Below are positions 47,026 to 57,815 of a DNA stretch of 64,000 nt, piece by piece. The position numbers and the translations under genes are program-made. The notes beneath the pieces were generated by a model. The model searched no databases and was not told where the DNA came from. It saw nothing but the letters and a program-made list of their open reading frames with translations. The DNA comes from a bacterium (lineage in GTDB: Bacteria; UBA8248). The stretch covers positions 96,001-160,000 of the forward strand of contig CBDATS010000005.1 of the NCBI GenBank assembly GCA_965200245.1. The letters run 5' to 3'. The first letter of the stretch is position 1. The number at the start of each line of letters is the position of its first letter.

Positions 47026-48546
47026 TCATTGAGTAATTTCTTTGGGATCCGCCACGATGCTGCGCGTCTTCTGTATCTCAACCTCGAAATCGAGCCGCGC
47101 TGCCCTGTTCTTCGTCTCGAAGGACACTTTTTTCGACTTTGCGTTTTGTCCTTCACCCTTCGACTGTTCGGAGAACGCCTTGAGCATGTCTGCGAAATTG
47201 ACTTCTCCGATGAAGGAGTCGGGCAACAGATACACGTAGCGGAATAAATAGATGTTCGCGGATGGGTCGGGACTTACGAACAGCCTGTGTCCCGCCTCCA
47301 GGGCGTCGATGGCTTCCTTCCTCACCTCGGCTCCCTGGCCCACCTTCACCTTGTCCGATTTCCATCGGGGCTTGTTCCTGTTCGCACCATAGGCCCACAA
47401 CACCCTGTCCTGGCCGAATAACCCACCTTTCGTCTTGAGCTTGATTCCGACCAGCCGGAAGCTAATCTGCTCACGGACATCCTTGAACACTGCAGAGAGG
47501 CCGCTTTGCGATGGGCCCGGGTCGTAACTGGTTTCCAGAAAAACGGATCTTTTGAGATCCGCCACCCATTCGCGACGTCTCTTTGTGAATTTCTCCTGGA
47601 AAACCTTGTCACGGATTTTGCCCGACACCTTGTCGAGGGTAATCACCTTGCCCGGTGTAACGTCATCGACGTGAATGACGTGAAAACCGACTCTCGTTCT
47701 CGTGGGCTCGCTTGTCGCGCCCCTGGCCGTCGAGAAAATGAGTTGTTCGAGTTCGGAAAATACCTCGCCCTTCTTTACGGAGCCCAGTTCGCCACCTCGG
47801 CTCCGGGCGGGCCCTTCTGAATACTTCTCTGCCAACCTGGCGAAATCAGCGCCGGGCTTCGCGGCCTCCCTGTAAGCGAGTTCCGCCTTCTTGCGCTGTC
47901 TTTCGATCTCCTCGGGAGAGGCACCCTTGTTCACAGGAAAGAAAATCTGCCGCACAGCCCGGGACTCAGCCTCGCGGTAGTCATCCAAATGCGCGTTGTA
48001 ATAATCCGCTATTTCCTGTTCCCGCACAGAAACACGCAAGCCGACTTCCATGTTCTCCACTTTTCGCCCGAGCAGTTTCTTGCGGATTTCGTCGCGATAT
48101 TTCTCCATCGTCATTCCCTGCGACCTCAAAAAATCGCGCAACCCGGCCGTCGTTGTCTTGTTCTGGCGAAGTATGCCCGTGACGGTGTTTTCGATTTCCT
48201 TTTCGCTGACGTTCAACCCGAAGGTGGAAGCGCGTTTTTCAATGAGTTTGCTCTCGATCATGGCGTCGAGCGCCGAAATCTCGAGTTCGCGAATCCGCCG
48301 GTTCAACTGTTCACCCTTGTAACTATCCCTCAGCTTGTCGACTCTGGGCTTTACGAGATCCTGAAGTTCGGACAGCATGATGATCTCATCATCAATCTTC
48401 GCGATGATTCTCTCTATCGTCACGGGCGCGGACATGGCCACTGCAGACGCGCCCATGAGGACGAAAAATACAATCGCCGAGACCCACAACCCTCTAGCCC
48501 GATACGATATTTTCAAGGTTTTTCCGGTAGTATTTGATTTTTGCAT
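47026..48546 (-). CDS. SurA-like chaperone/parvulin PPIase with extra C-terminal domain
   Basis: Signal peptide, SurA_N (ERIIAKIDDEII), parvulin (FARLAEKYSEG..GGELG..GFHVI), about 150-aa tail; start uncertain. Confidence 0.85.
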   Translation of the reverse strand: MQKSNTTGKTLKISYRARGLWVSAIVFFVLMGASAVAMSAPVTIERIIAKIDDEIIMLSELQDLVKPRVDKLRDSYKGEQLNRRIRELEISALDAMIESKLIEKRASTFGLNVSEKEIENTVTGILRQNKTTTAGLRDFLRSQGMTMEKYRDEIRKKLLGRKVENMEVGLRVSVREQEIADYYNAHLDDYREAESRAVRQIFFPVNKGASPEEIERQRKKAELAYREAAKPGADFARLAEKYSEGPARSRGGELGSVKKGEVFSELEQLIFSTARGATSEPTRTRVGFHVIHVDDVTPGKVITLDKVSGKIRDKVFQEKFTKRRREWVADLKRSVFLETSYDPGPSQSGLSAVFKDVREQISFRLVGIKLKTKGGLFGQDRVLWAYGANRNKPRWKSDKVKVGQGAEVRKEAIDALEAGHRLFVSPDPSANIYLFRYVYLLPDSFIGEVNFADMLKAFSEQSKGEGQNAKSKKVSFETKNRAARLDFEVEIQKTRSIVADPKEITQ

Positions 48547-49477
48547 TTCGCTTGAGTTCTCCCAGCCAGCCTGCAAGGCGCGCCCTGCCTTTCTCGGCCA
48601 GCAACCGCTTCTTGATGTCATCCTTAACGGACGCCAGTGTTTTCTGGAACGGCAACCGTCTCTCCGACACCTCCAGCAGGTGAAAGCCCGCCGGACTCCT
48701 GACAAGACGGCTCACCTCACCCAACTTGAGTGATTCCACCACGCTCTCGATGTTTTCGGGCAGTTCTCCTCGTTGGAAATATCCCAGATCGCCACCCACG
48801 TCTCGTTCGGGGCCGGTGGAATGCTCCTGTGCAAGCGCCGCAAACGATTTGCCATCAAGAATGAGTTTCCTGAGCCGCGTAGCCATTTTAGCCGAATCGA
48901 CGACGATTTGGCGAACCCGCCACCGCTTCCCAACCCGGAATTTCTCTCTGTTGCGGTTAAAATAGTCCTCTATCTCGGCATCGGAAACTTCAAGCTTCGA
49001 GTAAATTTCCTTCTCCAGCAGGTGTTCGATTTCGAGCGTCTCGCGCATCGTCTTGAGCCACGATTCCTCATCCAGCCCCTGCTCTTTCATAATGGATTTC
49101 ATATCCAATCCGTCATACTGGCGGCGAACGAACTCAACAAAGCGCCTCACTCGCCCTTCGCTCACGTATTCGCCGCTATCGCGGAAACGCTGCAGCAGAA
49201 GACGCCTTTCCACGAGTTGATCCAGCAATACCCTGGGGAAAGGTTTCTCGACCTTTTCCATAGCTGCCGGATTCCTGTCCGCCATGAAATGCGCACGTAC
49301 GTCCTGATCGGTAATCGCCTCACCGTTTACCTGAACAAGCAGGACTTCCCTGTTTTCGCTCTTCGTCTGAAGCGAAGAATCGCAACCCGCCGCGACGAGC
49401 AGCACCATCCAGCAAATGAACACCTTCCGGATCCGGCCGCCCGATATCAAACGAGTTTCAATTCTGTCCGTCCTCAT
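48494..49477 (-). CDS. Parvulin-type PPIase lipoprotein (PrsA/SurA-like)
   Basis: Lipobox-like VAAGC, VNGEAIT, FAALAQEHS, GGDLG, GFHLL. Confidence 0.88.
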   Translation of the reverse strand: MRTDRIETRLISGGRIRKVFICWMVLLVAAGCDSSLQTKSENREVLLVQVNGEAITDQDVRAHFMADRNPAAMEKVEKPFPRVLLDQLVERRLLLQRFRDSGEYVSEGRVRRFVEFVRRQYDGLDMKSIMKEQGLDEESWLKTMRETLEIEHLLEKEIYSKLEVSDAEIEDYFNRNREKFRVGKRWRVRQIVVDSAKMATRLRKLILDGKSFAALAQEHSTGPERDVGGDLGYFQRGELPENIESVVESLKLGEVSRLVRSPAGFHLLEVSERRLPFQKTLASVKDDIKKRLLAEKGRARLAGWLGELKRNAKIKYYRKNLENIVSG

Positions 49478-49487
49478 GACGAGAGCC

Positions 49488-52400
49488 TCACACTTGTTCC
49501 GCCACTACCTCACCTTCTGTGACCTTGCACACTTCCAAAGCATCCAGCACGTGAACGAGAAAGTCAAAATCCTCCCGCCAACGCCCACTGAGGCCCGCCC
49601 GAAAGGCGTGTGCGCTGGTGAACGCCATGCCCGGCATATCGAGAAAAGCGGCCGTGAGTTCATAGTCGCCCGGGAAAACCTCCATGTGCGCTTCCTTGCC
49701 ACGAACGAGTAAAGACTTGATCCCGCACAGGCGCGCGCGCAGGCGGATTTCCCCCAGTTGCAGGAGGTGGAGGGCACGCTCGGGTATCGCTCCGTATTTG
49801 TCCTGCAGTTCCACGCCCAACTCCCGCAACTCTGCCGGCGTCTGCGCCGAGGTGATTCGGCGATAGACGTCCAGGCGCTCGATCTGGGCCGGAATCCACG
49901 AGGGCGGCAGTGTGCCCGCCACGGGCACAACGATATCGGGTTCCGTTCGTTCAACAACTTCGCCTTTGGCCTCCTGCACCACTTCCTCAAGAAGGCGGCA
50001 ATACATATCAAAGCCCACAGCGGAGATTTGTCCCGATTGCCGGTGCCCGAGCAAATGTCCTGCGCCGCGAATCTCCAGATCACGCATGGCGAGTTTCAAG
50101 CCACCTCCGAGTTCACTCAACTCCTCAAGTGCCCGGAGTCGTTCTCTCGCCTGCCTGGTCAGGGAGTTCGCGCCAGATACCAGGAGATAGGCGTGCGCCT
50201 GGAACCTGTCGCGCCCGATCCGCCCACGCAACTGGTATAGCTGCGCCATTCCGAACATATCCGCCCGGTTGATCATAATCGTGTTCACCGAGGGGATGTC
50301 GAGGCCGCTTTCGATGATCGTCGTGCACAGGAGCACGTCGGCCCGGCGGGTCACGAACTCCTCCATCACCTCTTCGAGTTCGCGCTCCTTCATCTGACCA
50401 TGCCCCATCAGGATGCGTGCGTCGGGCACGAGTTTCTCCAGGAGCCTCCGCATGGCGGGCAGGCTCCTCACCCGGTTGTGCACGAAAAACACCTGCCCGC
50501 CCCGATCGAGTTCCTTGGTGATGGCGTCTTTGATGAGTTTCTCACTGAAGCGCGAAATGTACGTGCGCGGCGCGACCCGGTGGCGCGGCGGCGTTTCGAT
50601 GACGCTCAAATCGCGCGTGCCCGAGAGTGCCATCTGCAAGGTGCGCGGAATAGGCGTGGCGGTGAGCGTCAGCACGTCTACGTCGACACGGAGCTTCTTG
50701 AGCTTCTCCTTGTGAGAGACGCCGAAGCGGTGCTCCTCATCAATGACCAAAAGCCCCAAATCGCAAAACGAAACGTCTTTCTGGAGCAGGCGATGCGTGC
50801 CGATGACGATGTCCACCCGCCCGGCGGTAAGGCCTTGCACCACCTCGCCTTGCTCTTTTCTGCTTTTGAAGCGCGAGAGCATCTCCACCTGAACCGGCAG
50901 CGATTCGAAGCGATTGCGGAACGTCTCCCAATGCTGATGAGCGAGCAGCGTCGTCGGTACGATGACGGCCACCTGCTTGCCCGCTGAAATGGCCCTGGCG
51001 GCGGCCCTGAGCGCCACTTCCGTCTTCCCGTAGCCGACATCCCCACAGATGAGGCGGTCCATTGGGCGCGCGCGCTCCATATCCGCCAGCACGTCGCGAA
51101 TAGCCTGTTCCTGATCGGGCGTCTCCTCGAATCCGAAGCCAGCAGATATTTCAGGATCAAACGCCCCCTCCGCCGAGAAGGCGTACCCCTCGGCGTTGCT
51201 CCTTTCCGAATAGAGACGCACCAAGTCACGCGCGATCCCCCGCAGCGATTTCTTGACGTTGTTCTTCGTCTTGGCCCAGCGATTCCCGCCCAGCCTGTCC
51301 AGTGGCGGTGCGATGCCCGCCCCGCGGTATTTGTGGATACGTTCCACGTCGTCCATCGGAACGTAGAGCTTGTCACCCCCCGCGTATTGCAGGGTCAAAA
51401 ACTCGTTCTCCCCGTCTGTGTGCTCGATGACGCGCGTGCCCATATAGCGGCCCACGCCGTGCTCGATGTGCACGACAAGGTCGTCTTCATTCAAGTCCTT
51501 GAAGCCCTCGCCGGGCTTTGACTGGGGCAGGCGGCGCGAATCACGGGCCAAGGCACCAACCAGCAGGTCTTGCGCCCGGAAGAACACCCGTCGCTCTTCG
51601 GGAAGCCGGAAGCCGGCGGCGAGTTTGCCTTCCGCGAGAACGATATCGTGGCGCCCGTCCATGAGGCAGGTTCCCTCGGGTAAAATTGCCACGCCCACCT
51701 CATGCTCGCGCAACAGTGCCTGTATCCTCAGCGCGAGAGTCCTTTCCTCCGCTACGATGACGACGCTTTCATCGCCTTTGCGCCATGCGCGCAATTGCCC
51801 CACGAACGCCTCCACCCGTCCCCGGAAGGGGTTGATGTTTTCCCCGATCAAGGCCTCGCCCGCTTCGAGATTCTCATCGGGACTTGCGGCGTCGAGGCCC
51901 AGCGAATTGAATCCGAGACGTGGCCAGATGGAAAATTCCTCGTGTATTTCCTCGGGCGTGAGCCAGAGGCGCTCCGGTGCGAAGGAAACGAGACCTCGCT
52001 CGGGCGCAAGACGCGCCTCCTCGACCACTTCCTCCCATCGCTTCTCCATCGCCTCGTCGAATTTTCCCGCTTCGTTCAAGACCCAGAGCGCATCTCCAGG
52101 CACCACGTCGAACAAGGTCGTCATCTTTTCCAAGAACATGGGTGCGAGACTCTCCATTCCCGAAAAATGCCCATCCGCGTCGAGGTGATCGAGGAGGCGT
52201 TCTATCCGCGCGTCCGTCTCCGGCGATGCGGCTTCCACAAGTGCGCGCCGGCCCCGCATTTTCTCCTCTGACGAGAAAACGATCTCTTTCGACGGAAAAA
52301 TGTCCACGTTTTGCAAGGTCCCCAGATTGCGCTGCGTCTGGGGATGAAAATTTCGCAGGGAATCGATCTCATCCCCGCGAAGCTCCAGACGCGTGGGATA

Positions 52401-52949
52401 TGCATTGTGGGGGGAGTAAAAATCCAGAATTCCGCCCCTGACGGCGTATTCTCCCGGGGATTCAACCACGGACCTTCTCTCGTACATCAGGGATTCGAGC
52501 GAACCGATGAACGAGTCACGCTCGATCGTCATGCCTTCGCTCAGTTGAATCAGGGCGTCACCCACTCTCTCGGGCGGAGGCAACCGCGTCGCCATGGCCG
52601 ATGCACTCGCCAGCACGACGCCACTTTCCCCGCTCCGCAAAAAGTGCAGAGCGGACATCCGCTCGCCGATGTTTTCGCTCGATGGAGAAAGACGCGAAAA
52701 AGGGTATACATCCCACGCCGGAAAGCCCACCACAGGCAAATCCCGCACCCCTGAAGCACCGATGAACAGCTTGATGTTCGACTTAATTACTTCGAGTCGA
52801 TGCTGGTCCATTTCGACGACAATGACGGGCCCGTCGCGTTCGCACGCTATTCTGGCCAGCCACCAGGCGGTTGAGGCATCGTTACCGCCGCGCAAGTGAA
52901 CCTGCTTGGGTCCATCGAGATCGCGAAGCGAAGAAAGGAATTCATTCAT
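49488..52949 (-). CDS. mfd: Transcription-repair coupling factor
   Basis: UvrB-like N-terminus, RID (VVHIEHGVG), GDVGYGKTE, DEEH, TRCF domain. Confidence 0.97.
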   Translation of the reverse strand: MNEFLSSLRDLDGPKQVHLRGGNDASTAWWLARIACERDGPVIVVEMDQHRLEVIKSNIKLFIGASGVRDLPVVGFPAWDVYPFSRLSPSSENIGERMSALHFLRSGESGVVLASASAMATRLPPPERVGDALIQLSEGMTIERDSFIGSLESLMYERRSVVESPGEYAVRGGILDFYSPHNAYPTRLELRGDEIDSLRNFHPQTQRNLGTLQNVDIFPSKEIVFSSEEKMRGRRALVEAASPETDARIERLLDHLDADGHFSGMESLAPMFLEKMTTLFDVVPGDALWVLNEAGKFDEAMEKRWEEVVEEARLAPERGLVSFAPERLWLTPEEIHEEFSIWPRLGFNSLGLDAASPDENLEAGEALIGENINPFRGRVEAFVGQLRAWRKGDESVVIVAEERTLALRIQALLREHEVGVAILPEGTCLMDGRHDIVLAEGKLAAGFRLPEERRVFFRAQDLLVGALARDSRRLPQSKPGEGFKDLNEDDLVVHIEHGVGRYMGTRVIEHTDGENEFLTLQYAGGDKLYVPMDDVERIHKYRGAGIAPPLDRLGGNRWAKTKNNVKKSLRGIARDLVRLYSERSNAEGYAFSAEGAFDPEISAGFGFEETPDQEQAIRDVLADMERARPMDRLICGDVGYGKTEVALRAAARAISAGKQVAVIVPTTLLAHQHWETFRNRFESLPVQVEMLSRFKSRKEQGEVVQGLTAGRVDIVIGTHRLLQKDVSFCDLGLLVIDEEHRFGVSHKEKLKKLRVDVDVLTLTATPIPRTLQMALSGTRDLSVIETPPRHRVAPRTYISRFSEKLIKDAITKELDRGGQVFFVHNRVRSLPAMRRLLEKLVPDARILMGHGQMKERELEEVMEEFVTRRADVLLCTTIIESGLDIPSVNTIMINRADMFGMAQLYQLRGRIGRDRFQAHAYLLVSGANSLTRQARERLRALEELSELGGGLKLAMRDLEIRGAGHLLGHRQSGQISAVGFDMYCRLLEEVVQEAKGEVVERTEPDIVVPVAGTLPPSWIPAQIERLDVYRRITSAQTPAELRELGVELQDKYGAIPERALHLLQLGEIRLRARLCGIKSLLVRGKEAHMEVFPGDYELTAAFLDMPGMAFTSAHAFRAGLSGRWREDFDFLVHVLDALEVCKVTEGEVVAEQV

Positions 52950-53026
52950 GACGTGAAATTTCAGGTTTCGGTTCGAAACGCATCAGTCGGAACAATCCAT
53001 ACGGCATGAATATTTTCAGAAAACTC

Positions 53027-54145
53027 TCAGTTCAAAGACTTCTTGGTAATAATGAAATCCCGCAGAACGTTGGAGGAATTCCTGGGCAACGCGACCTCCG
53101 AGCCGTTCAGGGATATCTGCGTGCCCGCTACGTTTCCCACTGTGAGGGCAAATTTCTCCGATCCCTTCCAGTTCCTCTCGTTGCCTGCCAACAAGAGAAG
53201 TTCTTCCGTATTCTTCGAATCGACCACGATCCGAAGCCACGTGTCTTCAGTCGCAAAAATCTTCAATATCAGTGGCAATTCTTGTGAAGCGGTGGTTGAT
53301 CGCGGTTTTTTCGGTGCGGCCTGGTTGTCCGGTGCCGCGTTGGGGGCGGCCTGGCCGCTTGCCGGAGCGGAGGGGTTTTGCGGTGCAGGCGTAGCCTCGA
53401 CGGAAGCAGTGTTTTCCGGTGCGGGAGGCGCCTCCTCCGTCTGCGGACTTTCCTGCGCCGGAGTGTTCGCCACGGCCGCCTGGACCTGGGGCTTCTCTTC
53501 CTTCTTTGTAGCCGGAGGCTCCTTCATATTCCCGTTCGAGGCCGTGGGAGTTGCTTCAGGAGCCTTCTGCCCGGTGGCGTTTTTTTTCCTGACGGCTCCA
53601 GCCTCGTTGTTCCTGCTCGCGTTTGTCTGGTTCTGGCGGGGGATATCATCACCCTTAAGCATTATTGCCTTTTTCACCCTGTTGATAATTGACTCGATCG
53701 GAACCAACTGCTCTGTTTTCCCCTTCATGTACCAGAGAAGACCGCCGCCTGCGAGCAGAAAAACCAGGACAAAGGCGAAGGTGGCGACAGATGAGAAACG
53801 ATTCATCCGGCGTGGGTGGGTGGCGAAAGTGCGAACCGCAGGTTCAAGCTCATAGCCTTCGAGTTGAACCCCACCGGAAATTTCGCGCTTGTAGCTCGCG
53901 ACGACGGCCTGATTGTCCACACCGACCGCATCCGCATATGCGCGAACGAAGCCAAGACCGACAGGGCCGGTCGGCAAATTATGGAACTCGCTGTTATCGA
54001 TGCTTTCCAGATAGTATGTTCGGATACGCGTATGTTCGGAGACCGAGCGTAGCGTTATGTCCTTTGCCTCACGCACTCGACGCAAGAAAGAACCTACACC
54101 ATCCTTTTCTAACTGAGCCGCCAATCTCGGGTCGAGATTCGCCAT
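53027..54145 (-). CDS. rodZ: RodZ-like protein (HTH - TM - linker - DUF4115)
   Basis: HTH with GFVRAYA, single TM, Pro/Ala-rich linker, TWLRIVVD...VGNVAG. Confidence 0.85.
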   Translation of the reverse strand: MANLDPRLAAQLEKDGVGSFLRRVREAKDITLRSVSEHTRIRTYYLESIDNSEFHNLPTGPVGLGFVRAYADAVGVDNQAVVASYKREISGGVQLEGYELEPAVRTFATHPRRMNRFSSVATFAFVLVFLLAGGGLLWYMKGKTEQLVPIESIINRVKKAIMLKGDDIPRQNQTNASRNNEAGAVRKKNATGQKAPEATPTASNGNMKEPPATKKEEKPQVQAAVANTPAQESPQTEEAPPAPENTASVEATPAPQNPSAPASGQAAPNAAPDNQAAPKKPRSTTASQELPLILKIFATEDTWLRIVVDSKNTEELLLLAGNERNWKGSEKFALTVGNVAGTQISLNGSEVALPRNSSNVLRDFIITKKSLN

Positions 54146-54309
54146 GAAGGGGCCTCATTTCTTCTCTACATTCCAATAAAAACGACCCGATTGTGAAATC
54201 AAGTCTATTTCATAATCAGCCCGAAAGTCAACGCAGGAACAACGGGTATTATTTCTTTTCACTGACTCGAACAAAGCGCAAAAACCATGATTTGCGTACC
54301 TTGCGATTT

Positions 54310-55179
54310 TCAGGAGATCATGGAGAGAATCAGAGGCGTTACGTGACAGATATTCGGATTCGCAGCGTCTGCGGACAAGGCGTCCGTACCTTTCCCGTAA
54401 AGCAGTATGGGAACGGGGTTTGTAGTATGCGCGGAAGTTTCCATATCCTCCACATTTCCGTGGTCGCTGCTCAGAACGAACGTATCCTCGGCCGGGTCGA
54501 TGCGCCTGAGAGCGGCCTGCAGGAATCGGTTCAACCCCGTCAAAACCGCAATGGCTTCCTCGGTGGTTCCGCGGTGGCCGACGTGATCGGTCTGGAAAAA
54601 CTCATAAACCAGCAAGTCCTTCCCTCGTGCCAGCTTTCCGAGGCACGTGCCCGCCTCCTCTGCATCAAGCCTGGGCACGTCATGACCCTGTTCGGCAATG
54701 ACAGCGTTTGTGTAGTCGCGGTAAACGGCCCGGCCCACGATGAGATCCTCGAGGCGGTTCAGGCGAAGGCCGGCGCTCTCGGCGGTTACCGTGGTCACCG
54801 AGCGGATGCGATTCCTGCCACGCATGAAAAACCGGGGCGTATACGTGTTGGCGAAACCGACGGCGGCGCCCTTCTCTCTCGCACGCCTCAAGAGGCCGTT
54901 TCGAGCGATGATACGTCGCAACTGCGTATTCGGAAGGGCCTGTACGTGCCTGCCCACCGCCTTGGGCGCGTTGACGCCGGTGAACAGGGCGGTCCCGCCC
55001 GTCGCGCTCTGTGGAACGCCCTCCATCCCGAGGCAGGCGTCCGCCTCGATGAGGCGGAATCCGGGCGCTTCGTTTCCGCACAAAAGCCCCAGCGGCGGTT
55101 CTTTCACGAAGGAGAGTGGATTACCCGGCCCCGGCGCAGCGACGCCCAGACCATCCACGAACACGAAAAGAACGGACAT
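54310..55179 (-). CDS. Alkaline phosphatase/iPGM superfamily metalloenzyme
   Basis: [33 protein letters not shown]. Confidence 0.85.
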   Translation of the reverse strand: MSVLFVFVDGLGVAAPGPGNPLSFVKEPPLGLLCGNEAPGFRLIEADACLGMEGVPQSATGGTALFTGVNAPKAVGRHVQALPNTQLRRIIARNGLLRRAREKGAAVGFANTYTPRFFMRGRNRIRSVTTVTAESAGLRLNRLEDLIVGRAVYRDYTNAVIAEQGHDVPRLDAEEAGTCLGKLARGKDLLVYEFFQTDHVGHRGTTEEAIAVLTGLNRFLQAALRRIDPAEDTFVLSSDHGNVEDMETSAHTTNPVPILLYGKGTDALSADAANPNICHVTPLILSMIS

Positions 55180-55180
55180 G

Positions 55181-56200
55181 CTACAGTGTTCTGCCTGCGG
55201 CCTCTGCGAAAACCTTTAGTTCCTCAAGCAAGGCAGCGAACTTGCTCGGCTTGAGCGACTGCGGTCCATCACTCATCGCCTTCTCTGGCTCTGGATGCAT
55301 TTCGAGCATCAGGCCGTCTGCCCCAACGGCCACGGCCGCTTTCGCCAGGGGCGCGACGAACCGCCAGGCGCCTGCCGCATGGCTCGGATCCACTACGACC
55401 GGCAAATGCGTCTGCTCCTTGAGTACGGGCACGGCACTGATATCCAGTGTGTTGCGCGTGGCCGTCTCGAAAGTGCGGATTCCCCGCTCGCACAGCACGA
55501 CGTTCGGGTTCCCCTGGCTCATGATGTATTCGGCCGACATCAGGAACTCCTCGATGGTGGTGGACATTCCACGCTTCAGGAAAATCGCCTTGTTGGTCTT
55601 GCCGACTTTTTTGAGCAGCGAGAAGTTCTGCACGTTGCGCGCGCCAATCTGCAGCACGTCCGCGTACTCGCAGCACACATCGATGTCTTCTGAGTCCATT
55701 ACTTCGGTCTGGATGGGAAGCCCCGTCCTCTCGCGCGCCTCGGCGAGGAGTTTGAGGCCTTCTTCCGCCATCCCCTGGAAACTGTACGGCGAGGTGCGCG
55801 GCTTGTACGCGCCGCCTCTCAAGACGTGTCCGCCGCATGCTTTGACCACATCTGCGGACTCCATGATCTGTTCCCTGCTCTCTACGGAGCAAGGTCCGCC
55901 GACGACAATGATCTTCTCACCGCCGATTTCCACCCCTTCACCCATCGGCAACTTGCTGCGCTCGGGCCTTCCCTCTGAACTCGCTAGTTTGAATGGCTTG
56001 AGAATCGGCATCGCTTTTTCCACTCCATTCAACGAGACAAGTGATTCCAGCATGTATTTCCCTCGCTCATCCCCGATAGCCCCGATCACGGTGCGTTCCA
56101 CCCCTTTGATGACATGTTCCTTGTAGCCGAGTTCGTTGATCCTCTTGATGGCGTTCTGTATCTCATCGTCCGTTGCGTCCTGCTTCATTACGATTATCAA
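55181..56200 (-). CDS. aroF: DAHP synthase type I-beta with N-terminal regulatory domain
   Basis: [36 protein letters not shown]. Confidence 0.96.
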   Translation of the reverse strand: MIIVMKQDATDDEIQNAIKRINELGYKEHVIKGVERTVIGAIGDERGKYMLESLVSLNGVEKAMPILKPFKLASSEGRPERSKLPMGEGVEIGGEKIIVVGGPCSVESREQIMESADVVKACGGHVLRGGAYKPRTSPYSFQGMAEEGLKLLAEARERTGLPIQTEVMDSEDIDVCCEYADVLQIGARNVQNFSLLKKVGKTNKAIFLKRGMSTTIEEFLMSAEYIMSQGNPNVVLCERGIRTFETATRNTLDISAVPVLKEQTHLPVVVDPSHAAGAWRFVAPLAKAAVAVGADGLMLEMHPEPEKAMSDGPQSLKPSKFAALLEELKVFAEAAGRTL

Positions 56201-56240
56201 ATCTTATCTCCTTTTTTTCGGAATTATCAGCGCGAATCTC

Positions 56241-56272
56241 AAAAAAATCGCCGTGAGGCTCTCCCACGGCGA
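56241..56272 (-). terminator. aroF attenuator terminator
   Basis: UCGCCGUG-ggagagccu-CACGGCGA followed by U7, 41 nt before aroF. Confidence 0.85.
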
Positions 56273-56326
56273 GTGCTTCCCTGTTCTCCGTGGCGACCGG
56301 GCTGTCCGCCCGCCCGCCGCTCGTTT

Positions 56327-56404
56327 TCACATGACGGCGTGCGGACGGACGGTGATAAAGCCGAAAAAGCCATATTCCTCACCAAAATGACCGAACGTCC
56401 GCAT
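56327..56404 (-). CDS. Phe/Tyr-rich leader peptide of aroF
   Basis: MRTFGHFGEEYGFFGFITVRPHAVM* (5 Phe and 1 Tyr in 13 codons) upstream of the terminator. Confidence 0.8.
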   Translation of the reverse strand: MRTFGHFGEEYGFFGFITVRPHAVM

Positions 56405-56458
56405 CTTGTTCGCCTTTGAAACGTGAAAAGTTTTTCTGCCTCTCTAAAAAAGCGCTTT

Positions 56459-56488
56459 AGGATAATCCCGCAAACCCATAAAAGTCAA
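56459..56488 (-). promoter_or_regulatory. Putative sigma70 promoter of the aroF leader
   Basis: TTGACT-18 nt-TATCCT. Confidence 0.4.
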
Positions 56489-56518
56489 CCCATTGGACGC
56501 GGAAATTTTCGGTATTTT

Positions 56519-57683
56519 TCAGGTTTTTCGCACCACTTCCGTGAGCCTGCGCCGATCCGGTCCGGACGGCCTGAGCAACCTGCCTCCCAGCACCACGTGC
56601 GTTGCCTCCAGCATCCTCTGTCCCGTGCGCCGTTCTCACATGGCATCCTCGAAAGCAAACCGACCCTCACGCATCCGGAATACGGCGACATCGCCCCGCG
56701 CGCCTTTTCGGAGCGTCCCCACTTCGCCTTTCAAGCCAATCCATTCCGCCGCCGTCTGCGTGCTGAGCCGCACCACCTCTGCAAGGGGGAAGCCCAGGGC
56801 CAGGAACTTGCTCATAAGACTCGGGAAATCACACACAGGGCCATTGATGCAATGCGTATGGAGGTCTGTGCTGAGATTTCCCGGCATGAGGCCCTGTTCC
56901 ATGGCGCGTTCCATGATCTCGAAACTGAAGCTCGAACGCCCGTGGGCAACGTCGAGTAACACCCCTGAGTCTCTCGCCTCCTACACCGCGCGGCGCACCC
57001 GACCCCGTGCGTCGAGTATGTTTTCCCTGCGACCGTGAAACGCATGCGTCAGAACGTCGCCCGGGCGGAGGCGTTTGAGGATGCTGGGCAAAGAAGTGGG
57101 CGTATCACCCACATGGACCATGAGAGGGACTTTCAGGAATTCCGCCGCCTCGAGTGCCGCATCCAGCGGCTTCGATCCGCTGCGTTCCACCACGTTGTTG
57201 CTCAGGCGCACCTTCATGCCAATCAGGTATTTTCGATGCTTTTGGTAGCACTCCACTGCCCTGTCCACGCGCAGTGCGCGCATATCGATGTTCTCGCCAA
57301 GGCCGTCTATCAGGAGTCCGCCTTCCGAGATGTTGAGATACGCGCGCACCGTCGGACGCGCCTTCTCCAGGAACCACTCCTGAAAACCGGGATATGTCTG
57401 TGCGCCTGCGCTGCCCGTATCGACCGCAGTCGTGACGCCGCGCGACAGCATGGCGGCCTCGAGGTTCACCCCGTAGTGCGTAATGCCCTCGTAAAAATGG
57501 CAATGGAGGTCAACCAGGCCGGGTGTTACAACTTTTCCCCGTGCGTTGAGCGTCTGCCTGCCCCCCCGGTTCGATGTGGGGATCCACCCGCCGCACACGA
57601 CCCTGTGCTATCTCGACATCCATCGTCCCTTCCAGACCTTGGGAGGGATCGAGCACGTATCCACCGCGAATCACGAGGTCCAT
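56519..57683 (-). pseudogene. Amidohydrolase/deacetylase (dihydroorotase-like) pseudogene
   Basis: MDLVIRGG..LDP, DLHCH, MVHVG, THAFHG, DVAHG, STDLH; frameshift at G7 (57561-57567), in-frame TAG at 56981 and TGA at 56636. Confidence 0.88.
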
Positions 57684-57815
57684 ACACTGGCCTCCTACAA
57701 TGAAACCGGGTGCGAACCTACAGGTTCAGCAAGAACCGGAGCAAAAAAAGTAGCTTCGGGGAATTATTCCCCCCAGAAGCGATGAGACGCAATCGGCCGT
57801 GGAACTGGCTTCGAA

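Noticed and set aside
56636-56983. In-frame TGA and TAG in the amidohydrolase as Sec or pyrrolysine recoding
   Set aside because: Positions fit Gly and Trp, no SECIS-like hairpin was seen, and the gene also has a frameshift
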